A program made the position numbers and the translations under genes. Below are positions 29,329 through 39,410 of a stretch of DNA of 64,000 bases, one piece after another. The stretch is from Pseudomonadota bacterium (lineage in GTDB: Bacteria > Pseudomonadota > Gammaproteobacteria > Acidithiobacillales > Acidithiobacillaceae): the NCBI GenBank assembly GCA_021821885.1, contig JAKARO010000002.1, positions 79,548 to 143,547 on the forward strand, written 5' to 3'. Numbering within the stretch: position 1 is the first letter of the stretch; every line of letters starts with the position of its first letter. The notes beneath the pieces were generated by a model. It saw nothing but the letters and a program-made list of their open reading frames with translations, did not search any database and had not been told where the DNA came from.

Positions 29329-30039
29329 ATGAGTATCGCCCGCCACACTTCGCAGCGTTTTGACGAGGAGCTGCATGGGGTCCACGATCTGGTCCATACC
29401 ATGGCCGGAGTGGTCGAGGAACAGTTCCGCAATGCCCTGACCGCCCTGCAGAACCAGGATCTGGAACTGGCCGGCGAGGTTATCAGCGGGGATTCAGTGG
29501 TCAACGGATATGAGGTGCGCATAGAGGATGAGTGCATCGGAATCCTGGCCAGGCGACAGCCGGCCGCGGGGGACCTGCGGCTGGTCATGACCCTGATCAA
29601 GTCCATTGCCGATCTGGAGCGCATTGGGGACAAGGCCGCCAAGATCGCCAGCATGGTAATTTCCATGTCCCATGGCGCCCGCAGCATCCATCCCGGCTTT
29701 CTCAGGGACGTAAGGGTCATGGGCGATTTTGCCCTCAACATGCTGCACCGTTCCATGGATGCGCTGGCCCGTGCCGATGTGGACCTTGCAATCGAAATCG
29801 CCAAGGGCGACGAGGAACTCAACCAGGAATACCGGGCCGCCATGCGACGGCTGATTACCTACATGATGGAGGACCCGCGGACCATTACCCCGGCGATTGA
29901 TGCCCTTTTCATCGCCAAGGCCATTGAGCGGGTGGGCGATCATGCCCGCAATGTCTGCGAATACGTGATCTATCTGGCAAAGGGCATGAACGTGCGCCAT
30001 CTCCCCATCGAGCAGGTGGCGAAAGAAATCCAGGACTGA
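29329..30039 (+). CDS. phoU: phosphate signalling complex protein PhoU
   Basis: ORF 29224..30039 trimmed to ATG 29329 (TAAGGAG SD). Two PhoU repeats: ...DLERIGDKAAKIA... and ...AIERVGDHARNVCEYVIY... Confidence 0.93.
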   Translation: MSIARHTSQRFDEELHGVHDLVHTMAGVVEEQFRNALTALQNQDLELAGEVISGDSVVNGYEVRIEDECIGILARRQPAAGDLRLVMTLIKSIADLERIGDKAAKIASMVISMSHGARSIHPGFLRDVRVMGDFALNMLHRSMDALARADVDLAIEIAKGDEELNQEYRAAMRRLITYMMEDPRTITPAIDALFIAKAIERVGDHARNVCEYVIYLAKGMNVRHLPIEQVAKEIQD

Positions 30040-30043
30040 GCGC

Positions 30044-31564
30044 GTGCAGCCGATGGATGAGGGGGCGGCTATCCCTCCTGTCTCTACCCTGCTGGCCGCT
30101 GTGGATCTGGGCTCCAATTCTTTCCACATGGTGGTGGCTGAGGAGATGGGGACCGAGATCCGGCTGCTGGACCGGCTCCGGGAGGGGGTGCGGCTGGCCG
30201 CCGGCCTGCGGGGGGACGGCACCCTGGATCCTGAGGCCGAGCAGCGGGCCCTGGAATGTCTCGCCCGCTTCGGACAGCGGCTGCGCGGGATTCCAGGAGA
30301 CCGGATCCGGGTCGTCGGCACCAATACCCTGCGCCAGATCCGGTCGGCCGATTCTTTCCTTGAGGGGATTGAGGCAGCCCTTGGCGTGCCGGTGGAAATT
30401 GTCGCAGGGCGCGAAGAGGCGAGACTCATTTATCTGGGGGTTGCCCATACCCTTGCGGTCGATCCGGGGGAACGCCGTCTCGTCGTGGACATTGGAGGAG
30501 GCAGCACCGAGATTGTGGTGGGCCGGGGATTCACCCCGGTGGTCATGGAAAGCCTCCATTTTGGCTGTGTGGGTTCTACGGTCGCGCACTTTCCTTCCGG
30601 GAAAATTACCCAGGACCGCTTTGAGCCGCTGTACCGCAAGGTGCGGCTGGCCCTGGAAGCGTCCCTGGCCGGTTACTTCCGTTTTGGCTGGGACCAGGCG
30701 ATTGGCTCTTCCGGAACGGTCAAGGCCATTCTCCGGATACTGCAGGAAAATGGGCGTGGTCCCCGTATCACCCCAGAGGGGCTGGCCTGGCTCCGGGGCG
30801 AAGTTTTTCGCCTGGGGTCTGTCCATGCCCTGGGGCAGATCCGCGGACTCAAGTCCGACCGGGCTGCGGTATTTCCTGGCGGGCTGGCGATCCTCTGCGC
30901 GCTGTTCGACGCCCTGCAGGTCGGGGAAATGCGCTTTTCTGAGGGGGCCCTGCGGGAGGGGGTGATCTACGACCTTCTTGGGCGCATTCATCATGAGGAT
31001 ACGCGTGAGCTGGGTATCCTGAACCTGCAGGAGCGGTTTCACAGCCAGAGGGAACGCAACGCGGAGGCCGGGCGCTGGGCCGAGCGGTTTTTCCGCATTG
31101 CGGGCCCCGTGTGGAACCTGCAGGAGCCGCACCGGCGCTGGCTTGCCTGGGCAGCAGCTACCCACGACATTGGTCTGGACATTGCCCATTCGGGATTCCA
31201 CCGGCATGGAGAGTACATCTGGCGCAATGCCGACATTGCCGGATTTTCGCGCCGTGAGCAGCAGATCGTGGCAACACTCGTGCGGCTGCAGCGCAAGAAA
31301 CTGCCATCCGAAGCCCAGATGCGCACGATGGGCATACCGGAAGAGGATTTGGGACCGGTACGCCTTCTGGCCATCCTGCTACGGCTGGGCATCCTGTTCC
31401 AGCGGGGTGCGGACGGGCTTGGCGAGGAACCCCGCCTGTTGGTTCACGGCCGGGCGCTGGAGTTCAGGTTCGCTCCCGGATGGATGCGCAAGGTTCCGCT
31501 GCTGGCGGCGGAACTCGAAAATGAACAGGGTCTGGTCGGTCCGGACTTCCAGATTCTCTGCTGA
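30044..31564 (+). CDS. ppx: exopolyphosphatase (Ppx/GppA family)
   Basis: AAVDLGSNSFHMVVAE..., ...VVDIGGGSTE..., plus a C-terminal HD-like domain. The start is either GTG 30044 or ATG 30053. Confidence 0.9.
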   Translation: MQPMDEGAAIPPVSTLLAAVDLGSNSFHMVVAEEMGTEIRLLDRLREGVRLAAGLRGDGTLDPEAEQRALECLARFGQRLRGIPGDRIRVVGTNTLRQIRSADSFLEGIEAALGVPVEIVAGREEARLIYLGVAHTLAVDPGERRLVVDIGGGSTEIVVGRGFTPVVMESLHFGCVGSTVAHFPSGKITQDRFEPLYRKVRLALEASLAGYFRFGWDQAIGSSGTVKAILRILQENGRGPRITPEGLAWLRGEVFRLGSVHALGQIRGLKSDRAAVFPGGLAILCALFDALQVGEMRFSEGALREGVIYDLLGRIHHEDTRELGILNLQERFHSQRERNAEAGRWAERFFRIAGPVWNLQEPHRRWLAWAAATHDIGLDIAHSGFHRHGEYIWRNADIAGFSRREQQIVATLVRLQRKKLPSEAQMRTMGIPEEDLGPVRLLAILLRLGILFQRGADGLGEEPRLLVHGRALEFRFAPGWMRKVPLLAAELENEQGLVGPDFQILC

Positions 31565-31592
31565 CACGCTGACACGCTGGCGCGCAGGACGC

Positions 31593-32198
31593 ATGGATTT
31601 CCTGAACTGGACGATGCATCTCCTGGGCCTTTCCCCCCTTACGCTCCCGGAAGTGACCCTGTTTCTTCGCCGCTACGGCTATGGAATCCTTTTTCTCGGT
31701 ACCCTGCTCGAGGGCGAAGCGGTAGTTCTGGTGGCCGGCGTGCTGGCACATGCCGGTGTTCTGGATCTGGGCGGTGTCATTCTTGCTGCCTGGGCGGGCA
31801 GTACCCTGAACGACCAGGCCCTCTACCAGCTGGGCTACCATTTTGGAGAAAAGGTGCTCGGCTGGCTGCCCGGGATCCTTGCGCGCCACGCAGAACGGGC
31901 GGAAGGGCTCATCCGGCGCTTTGGAGACAGAATCACGCTGCTGTTCCGCTTCCTCTATGGAGCACGTACGGTTACCCCCATCCTGCTGGGCATACACCAC
32001 TATCCGCTGCGGCGCTACTGGTGGCGGAACATCCTGTCGGCACTGGTCTGGGCGGCGGCTGTTGCGCTCACGGGCTACCTTGTTGGCGCGTCAATCCCCT
32101 TGCTGCTCAGCGACGTGCACCACCTGCAGCTGGCCCTCCTGGGGGCTGCCATCCTCGCGGTTCTGTTTGTCTGGTGGCGGGGCCGTCCCCGGTCCTGA
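31593..32198 (+). CDS. DedA family inner-membrane protein
   Basis: The ORF 31098..32198 frame gives a meaningful protein only from ATG 31593 (MDFLNW...YGYGILFLGTLLEGEAVVLVAGVLA...FRFLYGARTVTPILLG...). Confidence 0.85.
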   Translation: MDFLNWTMHLLGLSPLTLPEVTLFLRRYGYGILFLGTLLEGEAVVLVAGVLAHAGVLDLGGVILAAWAGSTLNDQALYQLGYHFGEKVLGWLPGILARHAERAEGLIRRFGDRITLLFRFLYGARTVTPILLGIHHYPLRRYWWRNILSALVWAAAVALTGYLVGASIPLLLSDVHHLQLALLGAAILAVLFVWWRGRPRS

Positions 32199-32240
32199 GG
32201 ACTGGGGTGGGACCCAGGGTTTGCCGGTACAGGGTTTTTG

Positions 32241-32249
32241 TGCTAAAAA
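32241..32249 (+). promoter_or_regulatory. extended -10 element (TGcTAAAAA) upstream of rpsB
   Basis: tTGTGCTAAAAAac is about 120 nt upstream of the rpsB ATG. E. coli rpsB is known to use an extended -10 promoter and a long structured leader. Confidence 0.35.
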
Positions 32250-32366
32250 ACGCGCAGGCTGAACAGCCCAAATTCACACACCGATCGGCGCAGGTGGCCG
32301 GGTGTCCTCCGGGATGGCCTCCTGGGATCGGTGGCGGCAACCAACCCTTCAACTAGGAGTATTTCC

Positions 32367-33122
32367 ATGAGCAGTCCTACGGTCAGCATGCGCGCCCTGC
32401 TGGAAGCTGGCGTCCATTTCGGGCACCAGTCCCGCTATTGGCATCCGAAGATGGCGCCCTACCTGTTTGGTGAGCGCAACCGCATCCATATCATCAATCT
32501 TGAGCATACCCTGCCCATGCTCCGCGGAGCCCTGACTTTTCTGGAGCAGATTTCCCGCAGGCACGGCAGGGTCCTGTTTGTTGGGACCAAGCGCCAGGCG
32601 CGGGAGGCGGTGGAGCAGGAGGCCCGGCGTTGCGGTGCCTTCTATGTGAACCAGCGGTGGCTGGGTGGCACCCTGACCAACTTCAAGACCATTCGCCAGT
32701 CGCTCCGCCGCATGGAAGAGCTGGAGCAGATGCAGCTGGATGGCACGATGGACAAGCTGACCAAGAAGGAAGCCCTGGACCGGGGCCGGGAACTGGAAAA
32801 ACTGGGACGCAGTCTCGGGGGTATCAAGGAGATGGCCGGAATCCCGGATGCCATCTTTGTGATTGATGTCGGCCATGAAAACATTGCGGTGTCCGAGGCA
32901 AAAAAACTTGGGATTCCGGTGGTGGGCGTGGTGGACAGCAACTGCGATCCGGCACCAGTGGACTATCCCATTCCCGGCAATGACGATGCGGGCCGCGCTA
33001 TCCGCCTGTACGCCAGTCTGGCGGCGGACGCCATTCTGGCCGGTCGCCAGGGTATGGAATCGGGGCTGCTCGACGAATTTGTCGAGGTTGAGGAAGACGC
33101 CATCGATATCGATGCCGGCTGA
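32367..33122 (+). CDS. rpsB: 30S ribosomal protein S2
   Basis: ORF 32331..33122 trimmed to ATG 32367 (TAGGAG SD). [36 protein letters not shown]. Confidence 0.97.
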   Translation: MSSPTVSMRALLEAGVHFGHQSRYWHPKMAPYLFGERNRIHIINLEHTLPMLRGALTFLEQISRRHGRVLFVGTKRQAREAVEQEARRCGAFYVNQRWLGGTLTNFKTIRQSLRRMEELEQMQLDGTMDKLTKKEALDRGRELEKLGRSLGGIKEMAGIPDAIFVIDVGHENIAVSEAKKLGIPVVGVVDSNCDPAPVDYPIPGNDDAGRAIRLYASLAADAILAGRQGMESGLLDEFVEVEEDAIDIDAG

Positions 33123-33156
33123 ATGGCGGTTTCTTTTCCTGGACTGAGGAGTGTTT

Positions 33157-34032
33157 ATGGCAATTAGTGCGCAGCAAGTGAAGGAATTGCGGGAACGGAC
33201 CGGCGCCGGAATGATGGAATGCAAGACTGTCCTGGCCGAAGCTGGTGGAGACATGGAAGCGGCTATTGATCTCCTGCGCAAGCGCGGGCTGGCCAAAGCC
33301 GACAAGAAGGCTGGCCGGGTAGCGGCGGAGGGGGTGGTCGTGACGGCTGCCAGTGCCGACCAGAAACGTGCGGTTCTCCTCGAAGTCAACTGTGAAACCG
33401 ACTTTGTCGCCAAGAACGAGGAATTTCTGGCATTTGCCCGGCGCGGGGCGGAGCAGGCCCTGGCCGACAGCGTGGCTGACGTGTCGGCCCTGGGAACGGG
33501 TGCCCTGGAGGAGCAGCGCAAGGAACTTGTCAGCAGGCTGGGGGAGAACATCGCGCTCCGCCGCCTTCATTCCCTTGGGGTGGATAGTGGTCTGGTCGGA
33601 GCCTATCTTCATGGCGGCCGTATTGGGGTTCTTGTGTCGGTGGAAGGGGATGCGGCGACGGCCGAGCTGACCCGCGACCTGGCCATGCATGTGGCTGCTT
33701 CCCGCCCGGAAGTTGTCCGGCCCGAAGATGTGTCGCCGGGTCGCGTCGCACGCGAAAAGGAAATTCTGGTTGCGCAGGCGGCCGAAAGTGGAAAGCCGGC
33801 GGACATAGTGGAAAAAATGATCGCTGGCCGCCTGAACAAGCTTCTGGGCGAAATTGCTTTAACCGGGCAGCCGTTTGTCAAGAATCCTGACCAGTCCGTT
33901 GGGGCCCTGGTGGCGTCTTTTCCAGGCTGCCGCGTGCGGGAATTCGTCCGTTTCGAGGTGGGCGAGGGAATCGAGAAAGGGCCGGCAGCCGATTTTGCCT
34001 CGGAGGTCATGGCGCAGGTACGGGGATCCTGA
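33157..34032 (+). CDS. tsf: translation elongation factor Ts
   Basis: ATG 33157 (GAGGAG SD). MAISAQQVKELRERTGAGMMECK..L.EA.GD.E.AI..LRK.G. Confidence 0.97.
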   Translation: MAISAQQVKELRERTGAGMMECKTVLAEAGGDMEAAIDLLRKRGLAKADKKAGRVAAEGVVVTAASADQKRAVLLEVNCETDFVAKNEEFLAFARRGAEQALADSVADVSALGTGALEEQRKELVSRLGENIALRRLHSLGVDSGLVGAYLHGGRIGVLVSVEGDAATAELTRDLAMHVAASRPEVVRPEDVSPGRVAREKEILVAQAAESGKPADIVEKMIAGRLNKLLGEIALTGQPFVKNPDQSVGALVASFPGCRVREFVRFEVGEGIEKGPAADFASEVMAQVRGS

Positions 34033-35318
<1,286 letters not shown>

Positions 35319-35321
35319 ACC

Positions 35322-36083
35322 GTGCCCGGACACGAGACAGCGGGGTCCCTGCCGAGGCCCCGGCACATCGCCATCATCATGGATGGTAACGGACGCTGGG
35401 CCTACCGCCAGCACCTGCCGAGAGTCGCAGGACACCGCCGGGGGGCGGAGGTCGTGCGGGAAATGGTCCAGGCCTGTGCGGAGAGTGGTATACCCCACCT
35501 GACCCTTTTTGCTTTCAGCACGGAAAACTGGCGGCGTCCACCGCTTGAGGTGCGCCTGCTGATGAATCTGTTCCGTCTCCTCCTGCGGCGGGAAATCCGC
35601 AAGCTTCACGAAAATGGTGTCCGCCTGCGCATAATAGGGGACCGCTCGTCCCTGGAGCCCGATCTCCAGGAGATGATCCGCGAGGCGGAAGAGCGGACTG
35701 CGGCAAACCGGCGTCTTAACCTGAATCTTGCCGTCAATTATGGCGGCCGGTGGGATATCGCGCAGGCCGCCCGGAAGGCGGTGCAGGAAATGCATTCGGC
35801 CGGTGAGGATCCCGGGCAGATTTCGGAAGAACGGATCGCAGTCCATCTGTCCCTCGCGGATGTGCCGAACCCCGATCTTCTCATCCGTACTGGGGGAGAA
35901 CAGCGCATCAGCAATTTTCTCGTCTGGCAGCTGGCCTACACGGAATTCTACTTTACCGATACGCTCTGGCCCGATTTTGGACGCGAGGCTCTGGAAGGGG
36001 CCCTGCGGTCCTTTGGGCAGCGGCAGCGGCGGTTCGGGCGGACGGGCGACCAGATTCTGGAAGGTTCTTGCGCAAGCGAATAG
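35322..36083 (+). CDS. uppS: di-trans,poly-cis-undecaprenyl-diphosphate synthase
   Basis: GTG start. HIAIIMDGNGRWA...GH..G......A.FS.ENW.RP..EV..LM......IRTGGE.R.SNFL.WQ.AY.E..F....WPDF. Confidence 0.95.
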   Translation: MPGHETAGSLPRPRHIAIIMDGNGRWAYRQHLPRVAGHRRGAEVVREMVQACAESGIPHLTLFAFSTENWRRPPLEVRLLMNLFRLLLRREIRKLHENGVRLRIIGDRSSLEPDLQEMIREAEERTAANRRLNLNLAVNYGGRWDIAQAARKAVQEMHSAGEDPGQISEERIAVHLSLADVPNPDLLIRTGGEQRISNFLVWQLAYTEFYFTDTLWPDFGREALEGALRSFGQRQRRFGRTGDQILEGSCASE

Positions 36084-36871
36084 CCACAGCTGCGGTTCTG
36101 CTGGCACTGGTTACGCTGGTGACGCTCCAGGCACCGGCGCCGGTCTTTATCGCGTTTCTGGCCGTGGTCCTCTACCTGGCGGCCCGTGAATGGTGGCTTC
36201 TCGCCCAGGTTCCCTCTTTCTGGCCTTCTGCCCTGCTCGCGCTCGCATTTGCCGGAATTGCGGCCATGCCAGACCGTCTGGCCCCCGTCTGGGCTGCGGG
36301 AGCCACCCTTTTCTGGACTTTTGTTCCGCTTCTCCTGGCCCGTGCCGTACGGCCGGGTACCGCGCTGCGCCCCATGTCTGCCACTGTCTCCCGGTTCCTG
36401 GCCATTCCGGTTCTTCTGCCTGCATTTCTGCTGGCCACCTGGATGCAGGGTTTTCATGGCGGGCTCCTGCTCTGGGGCGTCCTCCTGGTCAGCGCTTCCG
36501 ATGTGGGGGCGATGTTCGCCGGGCGCCATTTCGGTCGCCAGCGCCTGGTTCCCCTGCTCAGTCCCGGGAAAACGGTGGAAGGGCTCTGGGGAGGCTTGAT
36601 AGCCGGCGCGGTCGTAGGCACACTGGGCGCTGGAATCCTCTTCGGGATGCGCGCGGGTGCCCTCGGCATGGGCACGGCCACAGGTGCAGTGGTGGCAGGA
36701 TACGGCGTCCTCGGTGACCTCCTGGAGAGCCTGCTCAAACGTTCTTCCGGAAAGAAGGACAGTGGCTCCCTGCTGCCTGGACATGGCGGTGTTCTTGACC
36801 GGATTGACGCCATGACGGCGGGCCTGCCGGTATTTTTTCTGTTTTCCTATTTTCAGGGTTGGTGGACATGA
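36068..36871 (+). CDS. cdsA: phosphatidate cytidylyltransferase
   Basis: TTG start; the N-terminus aligns with E. coli CdsA (..LAAREWWLL). C-terminal signature [28 protein letters not shown]. Confidence 0.93.
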   Translation: MRKRIATAAVLLALVTLVTLQAPAPVFIAFLAVVLYLAAREWWLLAQVPSFWPSALLALAFAGIAAMPDRLAPVWAAGATLFWTFVPLLLARAVRPGTALRPMSATVSRFLAIPVLLPAFLLATWMQGFHGGLLLWGVLLVSASDVGAMFAGRHFGRQRLVPLLSPGKTVEGLWGGLIAGAVVGTLGAGILFGMRAGALGMGTATGAVVAGYGVLGDLLESLLKRSSGKKDSGSLLPGHGGVLDRIDAMTAGLPVFFLFSYFQGWWT

Positions 36872-38037
36872 CGCGCGGCATCTGCATTCTGGGAGCGACC
36901 GGATCCATTGGACAGAACACGCTGGATGTGGTGGCCAGACATCCGGACGAGTTCCGGGTGGTGGCCCTGACCGGCAGTACCCGGGTGGAGGAAATGCTAG
37001 CGCTCTGCCTGCGACACCACCCGGAAGTGGCCGTAATGGTAGATGCAGGGGCCGCAGTGGCGCTCCGTGAGGCCCTTGCTGCGCACGGACACAGCCGTGT
37101 CCGCGTGGAAAGCGGCGAGGAAGCCCTGGTGGCGGCCTCTACAATGTCCGGTGTGGACGAGGTTATGGCCGCCATTGTCGGGGCAGCGGGACTCCTTCCT
37201 ACCCTCGCCGCCGTGCGGGCGGGCAGAAGGGTCTATCTGGCCAACAAGGAATGTCTGGTTATGGCTGGCCGGCTCTTCATGGAAGAAGTCCAGCGGCACA
37301 AGGTTACCCTGCTGCCCATTGACAGTGAGCACAACGCGATTTTTCAGTGCCTTGGAGACGGGCAGGGCATTCGCCGCATCATCCTGACGGCCTCCGGTGG
37401 GCCGTTCCGGCAGTGGCCGATGGACAGGCTGGCCGATGTCACCCCAGAGCAGGCCTGTGCCCATCCCAACTGGGTCATGGGGCGCAAGATTTCCGTAGAT
37501 TCCGCGACGATGATGAACAAGGGTCTCGAGGTAATCGAGGCACACTGGCTCTTTTCCCTGACGCCAGACCGCATCCGCGTCCTTGTCCATCCCCAGAGCA
37601 TTATCCATTCCATGGTGGAATACCTGGACGGATCCGTGCTGGCGCAGCTGGGCAATCCCGATATGCGCACACCCATTGCCCATGCCCTTGCCTGGCCACA
37701 GCGCATGGAAAGCGGTGTGTCCTCCCTGAACCTCGTCCAGGGACCGGCACTCCAGTTTGAGGACCCCGATTTTGGACGTTTTCCCTGTCTCGGGCTGGCA
37801 TTCCGGGCACTGGAACAGGGAGCCGGTGCCCCCGCTGTCCTCAATGCCGCCAATGAGGTGTCCGTACAGGCATTCCTGGAAGGCCGGATTCCCTTTACGG
37901 GAATTTCCCGGGTGGTGGAGGAAACCCTCGAATACTGCCAGCCTGGGGCGCCGGAAAGTCTGGAAGCAGTTCTTGCCATTGACGGTGAGGCCCGCCGAAC
38001 CGCTACCGACAGGATCCGTCAGGCCTTTTCTTCCTGA
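36868..38037 (+). CDS. dxr: 1-deoxy-D-xylulose 5-phosphate reductoisomerase
   Basis: ATG 36868 (ATGA overlap with cdsA). [17 protein letters not shown]...LANKE.LV..G......[13 protein letters not shown]...LTASGGPF...[24 protein letters not shown]. Confidence 0.97.
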   Translation: MTRGICILGATGSIGQNTLDVVARHPDEFRVVALTGSTRVEEMLALCLRHHPEVAVMVDAGAAVALREALAAHGHSRVRVESGEEALVAASTMSGVDEVMAAIVGAAGLLPTLAAVRAGRRVYLANKECLVMAGRLFMEEVQRHKVTLLPIDSEHNAIFQCLGDGQGIRRIILTASGGPFRQWPMDRLADVTPEQACAHPNWVMGRKISVDSATMMNKGLEVIEAHWLFSLTPDRIRVLVHPQSIIHSMVEYLDGSVLAQLGNPDMRTPIAHALAWPQRMESGVSSLNLVQGPALQFEDPDFGRFPCLGLAFRALEQGAGAPAVLNAANEVSVQAFLEGRIPFTGISRVVEETLEYCQPGAPESLEAVLAIDGEARRTATDRIRQAFSS

Positions 38038-38054
38038 CCGGGCTGGGCTTTCCC

Positions 38055-39410
38055 ATGCACGTATTTTTTACCCTGCTGGCTTTCCTGCTGACCACAGGGA
38101 TCCTGATCCTGTTTCACGAACTGGGGCATTTCTGGATGGCCCGGCTGTTTCATGTCCGGATCCTGCGCTTCAGTATCGGTTTTGGGCCTTTCCTGTGGAG
38201 CCGCCGCCTTGGTCGGGACCAGACCGAGTTCGGCATTGCCGCCATTCCTCTCGGCGGATACGTGAAGATGCTCGGGGAAACGCCCGATGAGCCCCTAGGG
38301 CCGGCTGACCGTCCCCGGTCTTTCACCGGACTCCACCCGGCACGGAAATTTCTGGTGGCTGCTGCAGGGCCCCTGGCCAACCTGGTGCTTGCCGTGGTTG
38401 CGTATGCCATTACGGCAATGGCCGGCATTCCCGGGATTGCCCCGGTAGTTGGAGAAGTGGATCCCCAGGGGATGGCGGCGAGGGCGGGGCTCCAGGCTGG
38501 AGACAGGGTCCTCGCGATTGGCGGACGTCCGGTGTCCGACTGGCAGGATGTGCGCATGCGGCTACTGGCAGCGGCCGTGGGCGGGACGAAAGTCACCCTC
38601 GACGTCCGGGCCCCGGGCGGAATGCGCCGGGAGGTTCGGATAAATCTTGGGCATCTGCCACCAGACAGCATCGGTAGCGGGTTTGTTTCCCGGACCATAG
38701 GCCTGGGTCCCTACCTGCCGCCGGTAATTGGCTCGGTGGTTCCGCATAGCCCGGCCGCCGGACTTGGGCTGCGGCCGGGAGACCGCATACTGGACGTGAA
38801 CGGCCAGCCGGTCTCCAGCTGGCAGGTTTTTGCCAGGATAGTGGAAGCCCATCCCATGGAGGAAATCCAGGTGCGATGGCAGGATGCCCGGGGGCAGGTA
38901 CGGGGTGGACCGGTGCGCCCCGGGCTTTACCTCTTCCAGGGCCGCGCGATCGGACGGCTGGGTGTGACCCTGGCGCCGCTTCCGGCCAGTCTCGTGGTTC
39001 TGCACCAGCGATCTCCCCTACAGGCCCTGGAATATGGCATGGGGGAAACCGTGCGCATATCCCGGCTGACCCTGGAAATGCTCTGGCGGATGGTCCAGGG
39101 CGTGGCCTCCACGAGCAACATTAGCGGACCCATTACCATTGCCCAGATGGCGGGAGAATCGCTTGAGCTTGGCGTAGGACCCTATTTTTCCTTTCTGGCC
39201 CTCATCAGCGTCAGCCTGGCTATCCTCAACCTGCTGCCAGTGCCCGTTCTCGACGGCGGCCATCTGGTATTCCATGGCGTTGAATGGGTGACCGGGCGAC
39301 CGGTTCCCCCGGCGGTGGTGCAAAAAGCCCAGATGATCGGTATAGTTCTGCTCTTGATGCTTCTGCTCTTCGCTTTCTACAACGACCTTTCGAGATTGCT
39401 GAAACCGTGA
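38055..39410 (+). CDS. rseP: RIP zinc metalloprotease RseP
   Basis: HELGHF zinc motif, two PDZ regions (GLQAGDRVLAIGG; GLRPGDRILDVNG) and the C-terminal NLLP.P.LDGGH motif. Confidence 0.95.
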   Translation: MHVFFTLLAFLLTTGILILFHELGHFWMARLFHVRILRFSIGFGPFLWSRRLGRDQTEFGIAAIPLGGYVKMLGETPDEPLGPADRPRSFTGLHPARKFLVAAAGPLANLVLAVVAYAITAMAGIPGIAPVVGEVDPQGMAARAGLQAGDRVLAIGGRPVSDWQDVRMRLLAAAVGGTKVTLDVRAPGGMRREVRINLGHLPPDSIGSGFVSRTIGLGPYLPPVIGSVVPHSPAAGLGLRPGDRILDVNGQPVSSWQVFARIVEAHPMEEIQVRWQDARGQVRGGPVRPGLYLFQGRAIGRLGVTLAPLPASLVVLHQRSPLQALEYGMGETVRISRLTLEMLWRMVQGVASTSNISGPITIAQMAGESLELGVGPYFSFLALISVSLAILNLLPVPVLDGGHLVFHGVEWVTGRPVPPAVVQKAQMIGIVLLLMLLLFAFYNDLSRLLKP

